From Mytilus edulis (lineage: Eukaryota): a stretch of DNA of 64,000 nt. The notes under the pieces were generated by a model that did not search any database, was not told the origin of the DNA, and was given only the letters and a program-made list of their open reading frames with translations. The stretch covers positions 34,410,001-34,474,000 of the forward strand of contig NC_092346.1 of assembly GCF_963676685.1 (NCBI RefSeq). Direction: 5' to 3'. Position 1 is the first letter of the stretch, and every line of letters begins with the position of its first letter. Positions 50,901 through 63,500 of this stretch are shown here, piece after piece. The position numbers and the translations under genes were made by a program.

Positions 50901-53900
50901 AGTTTAAGTGTGTTTAAAAAGTACATAGTGAGCAGTGGTCGTTACATACAAACGTTCACCTAAATTGTCCCAGTCAATGGATGAATTTAATGTGTCAATC
51001 AATGGCCCCAGCCACACTGTTTTGAATTTCATTCTAATTTGGTACGCCATACGCGCGTTTCGTCTACACAAGACTCATCAGGGACGCTCGTATCAAAATA
51101 TCAATAAAGCCAACCAAGTACAAAGTTGAAGAGCATTGAGGATCCAAAATTCCAAAAAGTTGTTCCAAACATATGATAAAGTCATGGAATTGTCATTTCA
51201 ATCTAATGACGTAACTTTTGCTTTGGTAGCAATTTCAGAGGAGATAACATAATTATAATAAAAAAGCATCTTCATTTTATACACTTTTGGATCCAACCAA
51301 CCATACACAATGCTCAAACGAGAGCTAATTATTACATTTGGAGTATTAGAATTTTTTTCTAAAGAAAAAAGAAAAGTAAGTGAAAATAAAATAGAAGTTC
51401 CCCAATCCATAGTAAAAAAAAAAGAAAAAAAACCCACTAGACACTATGGTTTGTTTAATTAATATATATGAATTTTTGCTAGGCATTCGAGGGGGGAAAT
51501 ACAGGTTGAAAAAAATGTTTTTACTTAACATTGTGGACCTATTGATCGATGATGTCCGTTTCAGAATCTAAAGAATCATGGGCAATTTCAATGTTCGAAC
51601 CCCAAGCAAAATAAAAAAAGAAAGAAATAAGTCATTCTTTGGTTGAAGTTCAGAATCTATTTTTTATGACATTTTTAACCAATCACGACGTTTCGGTGTA
51701 TATTTTTGAAAATATTACCCAGGATGCATTAGATTCTGAAACGAGAAATTTGTTTATATTTTTCAGGTCATTTAGTACAATTCTACAAATATCAACCAGA
51801 GACTATGGCGCAACATCCGGTTTTGCGTTACTATTTCACAAATGATGAGGTAAATACCCAATTTTTCAAGTGAAATTCAAAACGGAAAGTCCCTTATAAC
51901 ATGTCAAAATCAAAATCTCAAACACATCAAACGAATGTAAAACAATCCTGTCATATTCCTTACTTGATACATACATTTCCTTAAATGAAAATGGAGAATT
52001 AAATCTGGTTTAATAGCTAGCTAAACCTCTCAGTATTCTATTAAACAAAACAAAAAAGAAATTACTTCTGGATACCAAAAATAAAATAAAAATATGTAGT
52101 GTTTAGATAAACGTCTGCTCTTTAGTATGTTTGTTTTCTCTTCCACAAATTCCCGATTTCCATTATCAATTTAATAAAAGATGAAGTTAGTGTTATTTTC
52201 CAAAAATATTACTAGGTATAAGTACCAGATCATGGTTTAAAGTCCTAGAAGATTTTACAAAAACCAAAAAAAATAAACCCCCCAAAAAAACCCAAAAAGC
52301 ACGTTTTTTTTCAAAAATTGTATATTGAATAAGCATTATTATATGCCTAGAAAGACAACACTTTAAAATGATAAAATTTTGAATAAGATATCAGAAATAG
52401 ATTTTAAAGAATCATACAGTTCTAATGATAACAAGTCTAACAATTAAAGCAATAACGTTATTGCATAAAATCACTTAGGCAAACTTCCTATTTCATATCT
52501 CGGCCTTTATTTTTTAAATCCTAAATTGTTTACATACAATACACATTTTTACACAGCATTACATCTTGTGCAGTCTTTAGTTCTCTGTGGGTTTTTTTCT
52601 GTCCTGCATGATGTTCGTCTGCCTTTTATTTTTTTTTTATTTTTTATTATTAACCATTGCGTTGTCAGTTTATTTCGACTAATGATTTTGAAATATAAAA
52701 AATGTGGTATGGTTGTCATCGAGACAACTCTCTACAAGAGACCAAATGACATAGAAATACTACAGATTACCGTACGGCCTTCAACAATAAGCAAGTCCAT
52801 TTGGAATGATACGCCTCTCTTTGATTTGTGTGCCCTTTGTTTTCTAATACTGAACTCAGAGGAAAATTCAAAATGAAAAGTCCCTAATCCAATGGCAAAA
52901 TCAAAAAATAAAACACATCAAACAAATGGACAACAACTGTCAATACCTGACTTTGTACAGGCATTTTCTTGTGCAGAAAATGGTGGTTTAACCTGGTTTT
53001 ATAGCTAAATCTTTCACCTGTATGACAGTGGCATCAAATTCCGTTATATGATTAAATGGGTATAATTGTCAAAATATGGGTACCGCAGTCAACTTTACAG
53101 AAAGTATCAATATGATTCAAAACTGTGATGGAGATGATTTTAAGAACCGATATTTTGCAATTAAGGATTCATGGACATCGGGAATCAAAAACAAAAATAT
53201 TTCTGAATAAGAAATATAATATGTCTTGAAACGAAATACTGCCTACTGAGTAGTAGTTGGTTTTCTTTGCAAAAAGACAGCTATAAAAATAAAAAAATCT
53301 TAGAAAAAGTTTCGATTCCATAGTATTTTTACGTAACTATATACTTGTAAGAAAAGAGAAAATATTGGGACAAAAGATTGAGTGATTAATCATTTAGTGC
53401 TGGTTGATTGACGTCCAGTGGCAAATATTTCATGAATGTTCAAGACGCGAACAAATAAATAAAAACAAGAGAGGTTCTGTATCAAAGGCAGTCGATGACG
53501 TTCACTTTATGAAAATCAAAAGAGTCAAAACCTAGAAAAGTAAAGTATTGGGTACCCCCTGTAGTTGCTCTGTATACAAAAGTCAAGTACAGTGGAGATC
53601 ACTTCTAACTTCTCATTAAATCTGTCAGAATCTGTCATGAGAACTGTTCTAGGACAGTACGTAGAACTGTCAGCCTGACACCTTTTAGTCAGTTCTAGCT
53701 AGAACAGTTCTAACCTAGAACTGATTTGGTCAGTTCTACCTAGAACTGATTTGGACAGTTCTACCTAGAACTGATCCTGACAGTTCTACCCTAGAACAGT
53801 TTTAGACAGTTCTAGCTAGAACTGACCAAATCTTTGGTCAGTTCTACTTCTAGAACAGTTCTACGGTTAGAATTGATTTCAAATTCTACGGCTAGAATTG

Positions 53901-56900
53901 ATTTATAAATTCTACGGCCAGAATTGATTTATAAATTCTACGGCTAAAATTAACTTATAAATTCTACGGCTAGAATTGATTTATAGGTTTTAAGAAATTT
54001 TTGTCTAAATATAAAGGCTTCGGCAAAATAGCGATTAATATTATATAGAGTTTTGCTATTTTGCCGGTTTTATTTCAGATTTATAATCGGCAAGAGAACA
54101 TGTTTAACCCCGCCATATTCTGCATGTATGTGCCTGTTCCAAGTCAGGAGCCCGTAATTCAGTGATATTCTTTTGTTAATGTGTTACATAAATTATTTGT
54201 TTTTCTTTCATTTTTTGTACATAAATTAGGCTGTTAGTATTAGGGGGGGGGATTATTATTTGAATTGTTTTACATTTGTTATTCCGGGAGTCAGGATGGC
54301 TCGTTATCACATAACAAAATTATCTGACCTCATTAACCAAATGCAATATCTGTTTACGAGTAGTTTTCATACCTTGGACCAAGGATTTTTATAGTAAGAC
54401 TATACAAATCCTTGCTCGGACGGACCTGTTTAACAAAAATCTTTTGACCACATCAATCTAAAATGACATTATTTGCTCTTTCTTTCTGCAAATCTATATA
54501 GCTGCACAGTACTTCAGTTTTAATTTTAGGTCAAGAGGGACGTACTGTACTATACAAGTTACAGCCATATTGGAAAACAATTTTGTTCGCACCAATTTAT
54601 AGTGCCAGCATGCAGGGGCAGATCCAGCCATTTTAAAAAGGGGGAGGGGGTTCCAATCATGAGTAAAGGGGGGTTCCAACTATATGCTCCCATTCAAATG
54701 CATTGATCGGCAAAAAAAGGGGGTTCCAACTCCTGGACCCCCACTTGATCCGCCAATGAGCATGTCCTCTTTTTATTCAAAATATTGAATCATAAACAAA
54801 TATTAGTAGTTTTCATACTTCAGACTGAGTCGTGTAATAAAATCTTTTGACCGCATCAACCAAAACGTACCATATTTGCTCTTTTTTTATGTAAATCTAA
54901 ATAGCTGCACAGTAATTCAGTTATAATTTTAGGTCAAGAGGGACTGTAGTATATAAATAACTATAATATTGGAAATCAATGACCACATTTTTTTCTCTGG
55001 CATCAATTGAGAGTGCCAGCATTTCCTATTTTTATTCAAAATATCGCATCAGAAACAAATATCAGTAGTTTTCATACCTCAGACTGACTCATGTAACAAA
55101 ATTATTTGTCTGCATCAATCAAAACTGACCATATTTGACAGCATCAACCAAAACTGACCATATTTGACCGCATCAACCAAAACTGACCATATCTGCTCTT
55201 TTTTTTATGTAATTCTTATAGTCGCATAGTAAATCTGTAATATTTTTATGTAAGGATGGATTGTAAAATCATGAAAATACAAATGATAGAAATATTGGAC
55301 CACAATGCTACCTAATTTCATTTGCATCAATTTAGAATGCCAGCATGTCCTCTTTTTATTCAAAATATTGCATCATAAACAAATATCAGTAGTTTTCATA
55401 CCTCAGACTGACTGGTATAACAAAATAATTTGTCCGCATCAACCAAAACTGACCATATTTGCACTTTATTATGTACATGATGTCAATCTTAATAGCCGCA
55501 AAGTAAAACGCTTATATTTTTATACCAGGATGGATTGTTTAATATAAATGAAAGCAATATTGGAAAACGAAATTCTGCTCACATCAGTTTATAGTGCCAG
55601 CATGTCCTCTTTTTAATCAAAATTTTGAATCGTAAACTAATTTCAGGACATGTAGTTTTGATATCTCAGACTGACTCATGAATATAACAAAATTATTTGT
55701 CCGCATCAACCAAAACTGACCATATTTACACTTTGTTGTGTAAATCTTAATATATATATAGCCGCATACTAAATCACTTATAGTAATACATATTACAATG
55801 AATTGTATAATTCAAATGACAGCAATATCAATGAATATTGGAACAAAAACATTTCCACATCAATTTAGAGAACCAGCAAGTCCTCTTTTTATTCAAAATA
55901 TTGAATTGTAAACAAATTTCAGTAGTTTCGATATAAGACTGAGTCCATACCTGCAACCAACTTTTCAAAATGCCCATAGGGGTTTTATGTGCAAGAGGAC
56001 TCTTGTGATCCCAAATTACCTTCAAGGGGGCCTTTAATGCACTTTAATGTTGTTTGTAGGCTTCTTCATACTTTTGACAGCTTGTAGCATTTTTAAAACT
56101 AACTGTTTTGGTTAAGATTGTGGACAAAATTGCTCTTTCAAAATTTTCATTTGGGAGCTTTCATTGGGGAAATCCCCCGCAAATAATGACAGTGTGAGTC
56201 GTTTTAACAAAATTATTTGACCGCATCAACCAAAACTCAACTTATTTACACTTTATCATGTAAATATATATAGCCTCATTGTAAACCAATAATATTTCTA
56301 TGTGAGGACGGATCGTATGATAAAAATGACACCAACTTTGAAACACAATACACAATATCACTAATCCTGGCTGACCCGGCCTCTTGAACTTTTGAAGCAT
56401 GCAACAATCACTTTTCCATTGTGGCGTCAGATATTTTGTTTTAAGACGTCAAAATTTTACGGGAACCTGTGTGATATCCAGTAATGACAGACAAATAGCG
56501 ACAAGGTGTATTTATACCATATCTAAGAATCTAACGTGCCGTTAATTCCTCTCTGTATCCATAATAATGAACGGTCACTAAAGTGACTTTTTAACATGTT
56601 TAAATTAAGTCAGTAGTTTGTGATGTTGTTTTTTGTCGAGCCTGCAACTTTTGTTGCAGAAAGCTCGACATAGGGATAGTGATCCGGCGGCGGCGGCGGT
56701 GGCTACGGCGGCGACGTTAGCTCACTTCTTAAAAGCTTTATATTTTAGAAGGTGGAAGACCTGGATGCTTCATACTTTGTATATAGATGCTTCATGTTAC
56801 GAAGTTTCCGTCAGTCACATGTCCAATGTCCTTGACCTCATTTTCATGGTTCAGTGTCCACTTGAAAAAAAAGTTCAAATTTTTTGTAATGTTGAATTCT

Positions 56901-59406
56901 CTCTTATTATAAGTAATAGGATAACTATATTTTATATGTGCGTACCTTGCAAGGTCCTCGTGTCTGTCAGACAGTTTTCACTTGACCTCGACCTCATTTC
57001 ATGGATCAGTGAACAAGGTTAAGTTTTGGTGGTCAAGTCCATATCTCAGATACTATAAGCAATAGGGCTAGTATATTCGGTGTATGGAAGGACTGTAAGG
57101 TGTACATGTCCAACTGGCAGGTGTCATCTGACCTTGACCTCATTTTCATGGTTCAGTGGTTATAGTTAAATTTTTGTGTTTTGGTCTGTTTTTCTCATAC
57201 CATATGCAATAGGTCTACTATATTTGTTGTATGGAATGATTGTTAAGTGTACATGTCTAGCAGGCAGATGTCATGTGACCTTGAACTCATTTTCATGGTT
57301 CAGTGGTCAAAGTTAAGTGTTTGAGTTTTGGTCTTTTTATCTAATGCTATATGCCATAGGTCAACTATATTTGGTGTATGGAAATATTTTATGATCTTTA
57401 TGTCAGTCCAGCACGTTTTATTTAACCGTGACCTCATTTTCACGGTTCATTGCACAGTGTTAAGTTTTTGTGTTTTGGTCTATTTTTCTTAAACTATAAG
57501 TAATGTGTCAACTATATATGTTGTATAGAAACATTCTTAGCTGTACCTGTCTGCCTGGCATGGTTCATCTGACCTGGACCTCTTTTTCAAGGTTCATTGG
57601 TCTTTGTTTAGTTATCTTGGTTAATGTTAAGTTTATGTGACAGTTGTAATAAAGCTTATATTTTACCTTTATACTTAGGACTATCAACATAATATCAATG
57701 ATTAGTATAGAAGGCGAGACATTTCAGCGTGTGCACTCTTGTTTTTAAACAAAACTATTTAAAGGCATCATCCAACACTCACATGACTGATTCTAATACT
57801 TTATTTTAAAAATAAAATGAAAAGTACATGTATGGGAAGTTCTCTTCTTGGAATAGTATACTGTTAATATAATTTGAAGAAGGCAAAGAAAAATGCATGA
57901 TTTTGTTTGTAGCCGAACATCCAGGGGCAAATGTTTCATTCATGTTCAGATCGAGTATATTTTATTGAGTTTCTGACTCCCAGCTATCATTTATAATCGT
58001 TATGGATAAGTCTGGCTGAATTGACGAGATGGTGCAAATGTATATATAAATTTTTTACGTTATACAACGCTTTTTTCATTATTATCCCATAATTCATCCA
58101 CTGTACAATTTTCGTTTGAACATTTGTCAAAACAGAATCTTAAATGAATGTAAATCCAAGGCAAACAAGGTAAATTACGATTAAAATTCCATGAACTGAT
58201 GAATTAAATGCAGAGTTATATTTAGGAAGAGACTGTTAAAAACGAGGAACGAAGAAACGTAAACAATGATGTTTCCGTATGCAATCTTATAAAAAAATTC
58301 TCCGATGAGTTGGATAACCTTCTATTCACTTCGATATTTGTACATGTAACGTTTGATCAGTAAAAAATATAGAAAATCTTCTATTATATAGCAAAGTAAT
58401 TGGAAGTGATTTATTTCTTCTAAATTCTAAAGTGCTCTTACTGCATTTAGAACTGTTCTACAGTCCCGACTGATTTAGTTAGTTCTGCTGACAGTTCTAC
58501 GGTTACAAGTGATTTTGACAGTTCTACCTAGAACTGAGTTAGACAGTTGTACCCTAGAACTGATCCTGACAGTTCTACCTAGAACTGATTTAGTCAGTTC
58601 TATCTAGAACTGATTCTGACAGTTCTATCTAGAACTGATTCTGACAGTTCTAGGTAGAACTGTTCTAGGACAGGTTAGAACAGTTCTATGACAGACTATT
58701 CTGACAGTTCTAATGAGAGGTTAGAAGTGATCTCCACTGTATAACGTAAAACGTGCCTTTTTATTTTGGTGTCACACCACCAATTACTCCCTCAAATTTA
58801 GAACGTATGTGAAAGTAGGCCTACTCGGACAAAAAATAGTGTATTTGATGTCATTGTTTACTTAAACTACCCAACAAATTTGCAGAAATGAAACTTTTGG
58901 GGAAAGAGAAATATATTAAGACCATTTTCAGCCCAAATTTACTTGTCTATGAGTCGACATTAAAAACTGAGGATTAATGCGCTCCATAGTATACTAATTT
59001 AAGATTTCAAGAAAACCAGGGGTTATTTTTAGTGGTACATCCATTCGGAAGGTCTCTTTTTTCTTATATGGCTTTAAAGGTCTGTTGAAAATTGGCATGA
59101 AGAAATGTGATACCTGTACGATTCAGGACATACATGTTTTATAAGAGGTTAAACTTAAGATAAAAAATATAGAAAGCTATGAAAATTGCAAAATTTGGTT
59201 GAACAGATAGGGACTTTTAATTGGTGGTCTGACACCTTTTTGTCTACCTTTGTCCCAATTTTGTAAAATTTCATGTTTACTCATTTTGTTTTGATGTTTT
59301 TTTTTTGTTACTATTTATTACATTATAATTTCAGTATTACCAGAATATATCAAAGACAATAATTGAAGAGATGACTGCCAATCCTGACCTTTGCGTGAAG
59401 CAGTAA
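47911..59406 (+). CDS. Small secreted protein of an unrecognised family, paralogue 3 (123 aa); 4 exons with TE-expanded introns
   Basis: Exons 47911-47956, 49918-50088, 51767-51849, 59335-59406; lengths 46/171/83/72 nt, identical to paralogue 2. Protein MLKIVMLFAFLFVYHVDCFVKVENYQNSVYIQRGFSRGYSFEKAPDTTVFEPRGYDLMSDKSFFWVESVNKKGHLVQFYKYQPETMAQHPVLRYYFTNDEYYQNISKTIIEEMTANPDLCVKQ*. Confidence 0.85.
48545..49160 (-). mobile_element. Ty3/Gypsy gag (capsid) fragment in intron 1 of paralogue 3
   Basis: NW...KALLLASSLSGGA...LKNRFG...FRAELQTRVR..NESLPDLAQAIKKLTRRAYP...LALDSFIDAI...GPKSINEA is a typical retrotransposon gag pattern. No LTR or pol seen. Confidence 0.75.
50591..51034. mobile_element. Palindromic MITE with TA TSD, inserted into a retrozyme copy
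   Basis: TA|GAATGAAATTCAAAACAGTGTGGC...GCCACACTGTTTTGAATTTCATTC|TA. The flanks rejoin to the repeat seen uninterrupted at about 37365-37490. Confidence 0.8.
51044..51087 (-). ncRNA. Minimal type I hammerhead ribozyme, second family
   Basis: GCGUCC-CUGAUGA-GUCU(ugugu)AGAC-GAAA-CGCGCG-UA-UGGCGU. Degenerate relatives at about 37397-37441 (-) and about 34691-34734 (+). Confidence 0.65.
54360..56340 (+). repeat. Diverged tandem repeat with 260-320 bp units (about 6 copies), interrupted by two small MITEs
   Basis: Recurrent TAGTTTTCATACCTCAGACTGA...CATCAACCAAAACTGACCATATTT...GCCAGCATGTCCTCTTTTTATTCAAAA. A MITE at about 54613-54758 is flanked by an AGCATG duplication. Confidence 0.7.
56628..57745 (+). 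mobile_element. Helentron-associated non-autonomous element (pearl/DTC84-type) with GGC microsatellite and about 150-bp satellite units
   Basis: T-rich start TTTTTGTCGAGCC, (GGC)n, repeated TGACCTTGACCTCATTTTCATGGTTCA units, end AGGCGAGAC...GCACTCTTGTTT. Confidence 0.65.
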
Positions 59407-59849
59407 TTGCTTTAGGTAGTGACAGTGTATGTGTACGTCCAAATGCAAACTAACATTTTGTTTATGAATTACAATAATTGTTAAATGGATTTTGTTTCTT
59501 TCATTCTGCAGCGTTTCTTTAATATCGGTCACATTTCTAAACATAATCCGATAAATAAGGCAACAATTTGCGTTTTAACTACCTACTTTGGAGATGATAA
59601 GAAGACACTGCTCTTACTATAACATTTCAGTCCAAAGAAAGCCCCGTTCACATGGTTACAATCTACACATTCAATCATTTATAGGTTGCATTTCTGTTAA
59701 TATTGACAATCCAATTTCCCACAGTAACTCCTTTTGGGGCTAACACTGTGACACTTTTACTGTGAAGTTTCATGAAAAGTATCATAATTTTTATCCTAGA
59801 TTAGAAAGTTGGTATTCACTACTACTGTGTGGCATATTTTAAACATTTA

Positions 59850-60599
59850 CTAGTACACACCCGTGATATCGAGGGTCCGTGACTGAATTAAAGTATATAA
59901 CTATGCGTAAGCCTTATTTTAGTATTGGTATTGTCATCTGCATAATAAAGTCATGCCGATTATAAAGTGCAATGTTTTCTCTGCTTTCAACATCTTTGTG
60001 TTTTAATCCGTCTATTTGGAACTTCTCAATTATTGGTAATATTAATTATTTGGAAAACAAACCAAAACAATTAACAGCCTTGTCCTATATTAGTTATAAA
60101 TAAAATTGAATTCTTTGATTCGCTGTTTTACGTCATGCCCGCTAACAAATTGAAAACTGTACCTATACGCCTTTTTTTACGTCCAGATTTTCAGTTTTCA
60201 TATTATCATCTTAGAAATTCTTACTGATTAAAATATTACAATAGGGAACAATTTGACAATGATTGAATTTAGTAGTGTCAACCCTGCATGTGATAATGAC
60301 CCGTGTATATAGCGAAATTCGAAATACACCGTTGGTGGTCCGCCTGTCAAATGCGGAACGTAAAGATAAGGCAATAGATAACATGTGAATATACTATTGG
60401 TATCGGTATCGGATTCGACACGGAACGTGTTAATTATTGGCAATATTAATTATGTGGAAAACAAGAGGGTCTGGAGTGGTGTCATTTTTAATAAACACCA
60501 TTGTCCTATATTAGCTATATATTAAATTGAATTCTTTGATTTATCGTTTTTACCCCATGATGGCTGACAAATTGGACCTCGTTGTTTTAGTATTATAGA
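59850..60599 (-). mobile_element. Non-autonomous Helitron
   Basis: Minus strand A|TCTATAATAC...hairpin CCC(T)CGATATCACGGG...CTAG|T: 5' TC, 3' CTAG with subterminal hairpin, inserted at AT, no TSD. Confidence 0.8.
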
Positions 60600-63500
60600 T
60601 ATAGCCTGATCTTGTTTCAGTTGAAACTTATTCTTAAATGTTATGCTAGCCCTACCTTTACTTTTTACATACTTCAGAATTAATTTTTCACCGCAATAGT
60701 TTGTTTTTATGCCAGTAACAGTCCCAAGGTATGTCTCTATGAGATGAATTATATAGATCATATCTGGCGTACCATGAAGAAAAACATTTTTTTTTTAAAA
60801 GAGAGTCGACCCAAATTCAATCTTAAATGTTGGATGTTGCATGAATTAGGCTTCTTTCATGGTTGTGGCTTGTTATATATTTCGTGCATGAATAGGAATT
60901 TCTCCTATCGCAATTCACGGAGTGAGATACGGGAAAAAGATATGAATATCTGCATTAATTTGATTGACCTATCAGCATCACAAGACGATATTGCGGCATT
61001 TCCATTAGCTATTTGTTAGTTCATTGACGACTCTCAAAGGTTGAGACGATGTACGTTTCGTCTAGGGCACCAAACCATACAAGCAGTCACACATTTCACT
61101 TGACAATCTTCTGTGTTGTAAAATTTTGTTACATTCTGAAGAGTACCCCTTGTTATTGTTGGGGTTCGTGTTGCTTATTCTCTAGTTTTCTATGTTGTGT
61201 CATGTGTACTATTGTTTGTCTGTTTGTCTTTTTCGTTTTTAGCCATGGCGTTGTCAGTTTCTTTTCGATTTATGAGTTTGTCTGCCCCTCTGGTATCTTT
61301 CGTCCCTCTTTGATAAAAGGTTTTAAATAAAGACATCATAGACACCATGAATGAAATTTTGCATTTACGCCAGACGCGCGTTAAATGTGTGATGCTAAAA
61401 TTTGACACTGGAAATAGACATGCCCTATAAATTGTTTATTTTGGACTTTTTATTAATATTTCGATAAATGTTTTACATGGTTTTAAATCAAATATGAGAA
61501 TTTGAGTCAAATCGGTGAACATGCATTTGACAGCTAGTGCCCCTTTGAAAAACGTTACTTGAAACGCTCAATAATATTTGCCCTTTTATGTTATTATAAT
61601 GATGATGATAGGAATTGATGTCCTTTTCATGAGAACAATCTCTATTTTGTACTCATTTTTCAATAGGTAAGTAAGGATATTTGGTATAACTACCAATAAG
61701 ACAATTTTAAGCAGAACCACCTCCATTAATATGCAAAAGCAATGCTACATAGTCAGCTATCAAAGACCCCACCATGTCGATGTAAATAACACTATTTATT
61801 TCGAACATCCGGTGCGTTATTTTTGGTTTTACAGTAGTTATAATAAAAGCTCAAAACCAAAACACTCAGTGTAAAAAATCGACAAATATAACGCCTACCC
61901 ATGTTTAAACGAGTATAGTGGATGACATGACGGAATGATTTTTAATTTCATTTTTTTTTTTTGTTAGAGGTATTTTTGCTTTGTATCGACCAGATAATAA
62001 ATCCTTTCAAACTGATTTTTATGGTGAACTGTTAGACCGCTGTCCCATGTTAGAGGAGAATTTTCGCACCTTTAACTAGTTTAACTCGCCACATTATATG
62101 TGTATGCCTGTCCGAAGTCGGGTGCTCGCAATTAAGTGTTTGTAGTTGGTTGTGTATACCATTTATTATTTGGAATTTGGCATAAATCAGGCCGTCAGTT
62201 TTCTCGTTTGAATTGTTTTAAATTTGTCATTTTCGGGTTTGTATAGCTGACTATGATGTATTGGTTAATCTCATTGATGAATGCCTTACGGTGAACTATA
62301 CTAGTTGTTAATATCTGTGTCATTTGGTCTCTTGTGGAGAGCTGTGTCGTTCGCAAACATACCACATCTTTGTACTTTATAACATTATATAAGAAATTTT
62401 GCGAGGCTCGACATTTTTTCGAGAGCTCAACCACTCTCATGACCTGAATCAGTGGTGTACCAGAAAACATTTAGAGCAAACATTTCATTAAAGATCTAGA
62501 CCGAATGTTATCTGTTTTTTTTTTTTCAAAATCCAAGATAATGGAGGAAGACACCCTATCTACCTTAAGGTAGTTTCATGATATACAACCATCTTAACTT
62601 GTACAATCACAGTTCAAGTTGATCTAGTTATTTGACCAAACCTGCAAATTTGAAGACAGATTTGCAATTTAATGGTTAGAATTATTATTTATATAAAGAA
62701 AACTTGATGATTTATAATTGTTTTATTCAAAATATTTAAACAAATATCAAATTTGTACTTAAAGCATATTATAAAACCTATCTTCTAACAATTTATTTGA
62801 AAATTCTATCTCATAGAATTTTTTATGCATACACATGTGTTTTTTCATGAAAAACCTAACCAAATTAAGCCAAATTTCATTTGCTTGAAATTTAATAAGC
62901 TTGAAAAATAGCACGGTGACCCATACATTTTATTATATTTTTGAAAAAAACATAGTAAAATCCTCGTTTTGGCAAAGTATTAGAAAATTCTATCTAGAAA
63001 AATATATACATTTTGTACTTATGATCTACTTTTTTAACATATATTCTTAATTCACGCCATACTGATTACAGCAATAAGTTTGACACTTCTTGGTTAAGAT
63101 CTCTCTTACTAAATCTGATGACTGTGCAGTAGAATATTACGACTAATTTATTTTCGTGACATGTAACACAATTTCTTTTTATCTCCTCTGTTTTAGTATA
63201 TAAAATAGGTAGTTGCTATTTGTTCGGCTAACAAGACGAATTGTACCAGGACTATTTGTCCGGCCAATACATTGTGCATGTCTGTGTGTCAGGGTTACAC
63301 GTACGTGGTGATTATTTTCCCAAATCCCTCATTTCTTTTTGACCAGATCCTACATCCCACTTTGTTGTTACCTATATTTCATATATTTTGACGAAATTAA
63401 CTATTAAACTATTAATTAAAACGTGATTTTGTTTAAATAACATTACCGCAAAATGTTTCAAAACTGCTAAATTGAAAACATCACTAATGAAACTTGACAA

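Larger units (their letters stand above)
53590..58739. mobile_element. 5.15-kb non-autonomous TIR transposon (TA TSD, CAGTG ends) in intron 3 of paralogue 3
   Basis: TA|CAGTGGAGATCACTTCTAAC...GTTAGAAGTGATCTCCACTG|TA, with subterminal arrays of TAGAACTG/CAGTTCTA palindromic units of about 29 bp. Confidence 0.8.

Noticed and set aside
61599-61672. Possible first exon of a fourth paralogue (…CAATAG|GTAAGT)
   Set aside because: The open frame ends in phase 2 rather than 1, the signal peptide is poor, and no exon-2 homologue is seen before the window end.
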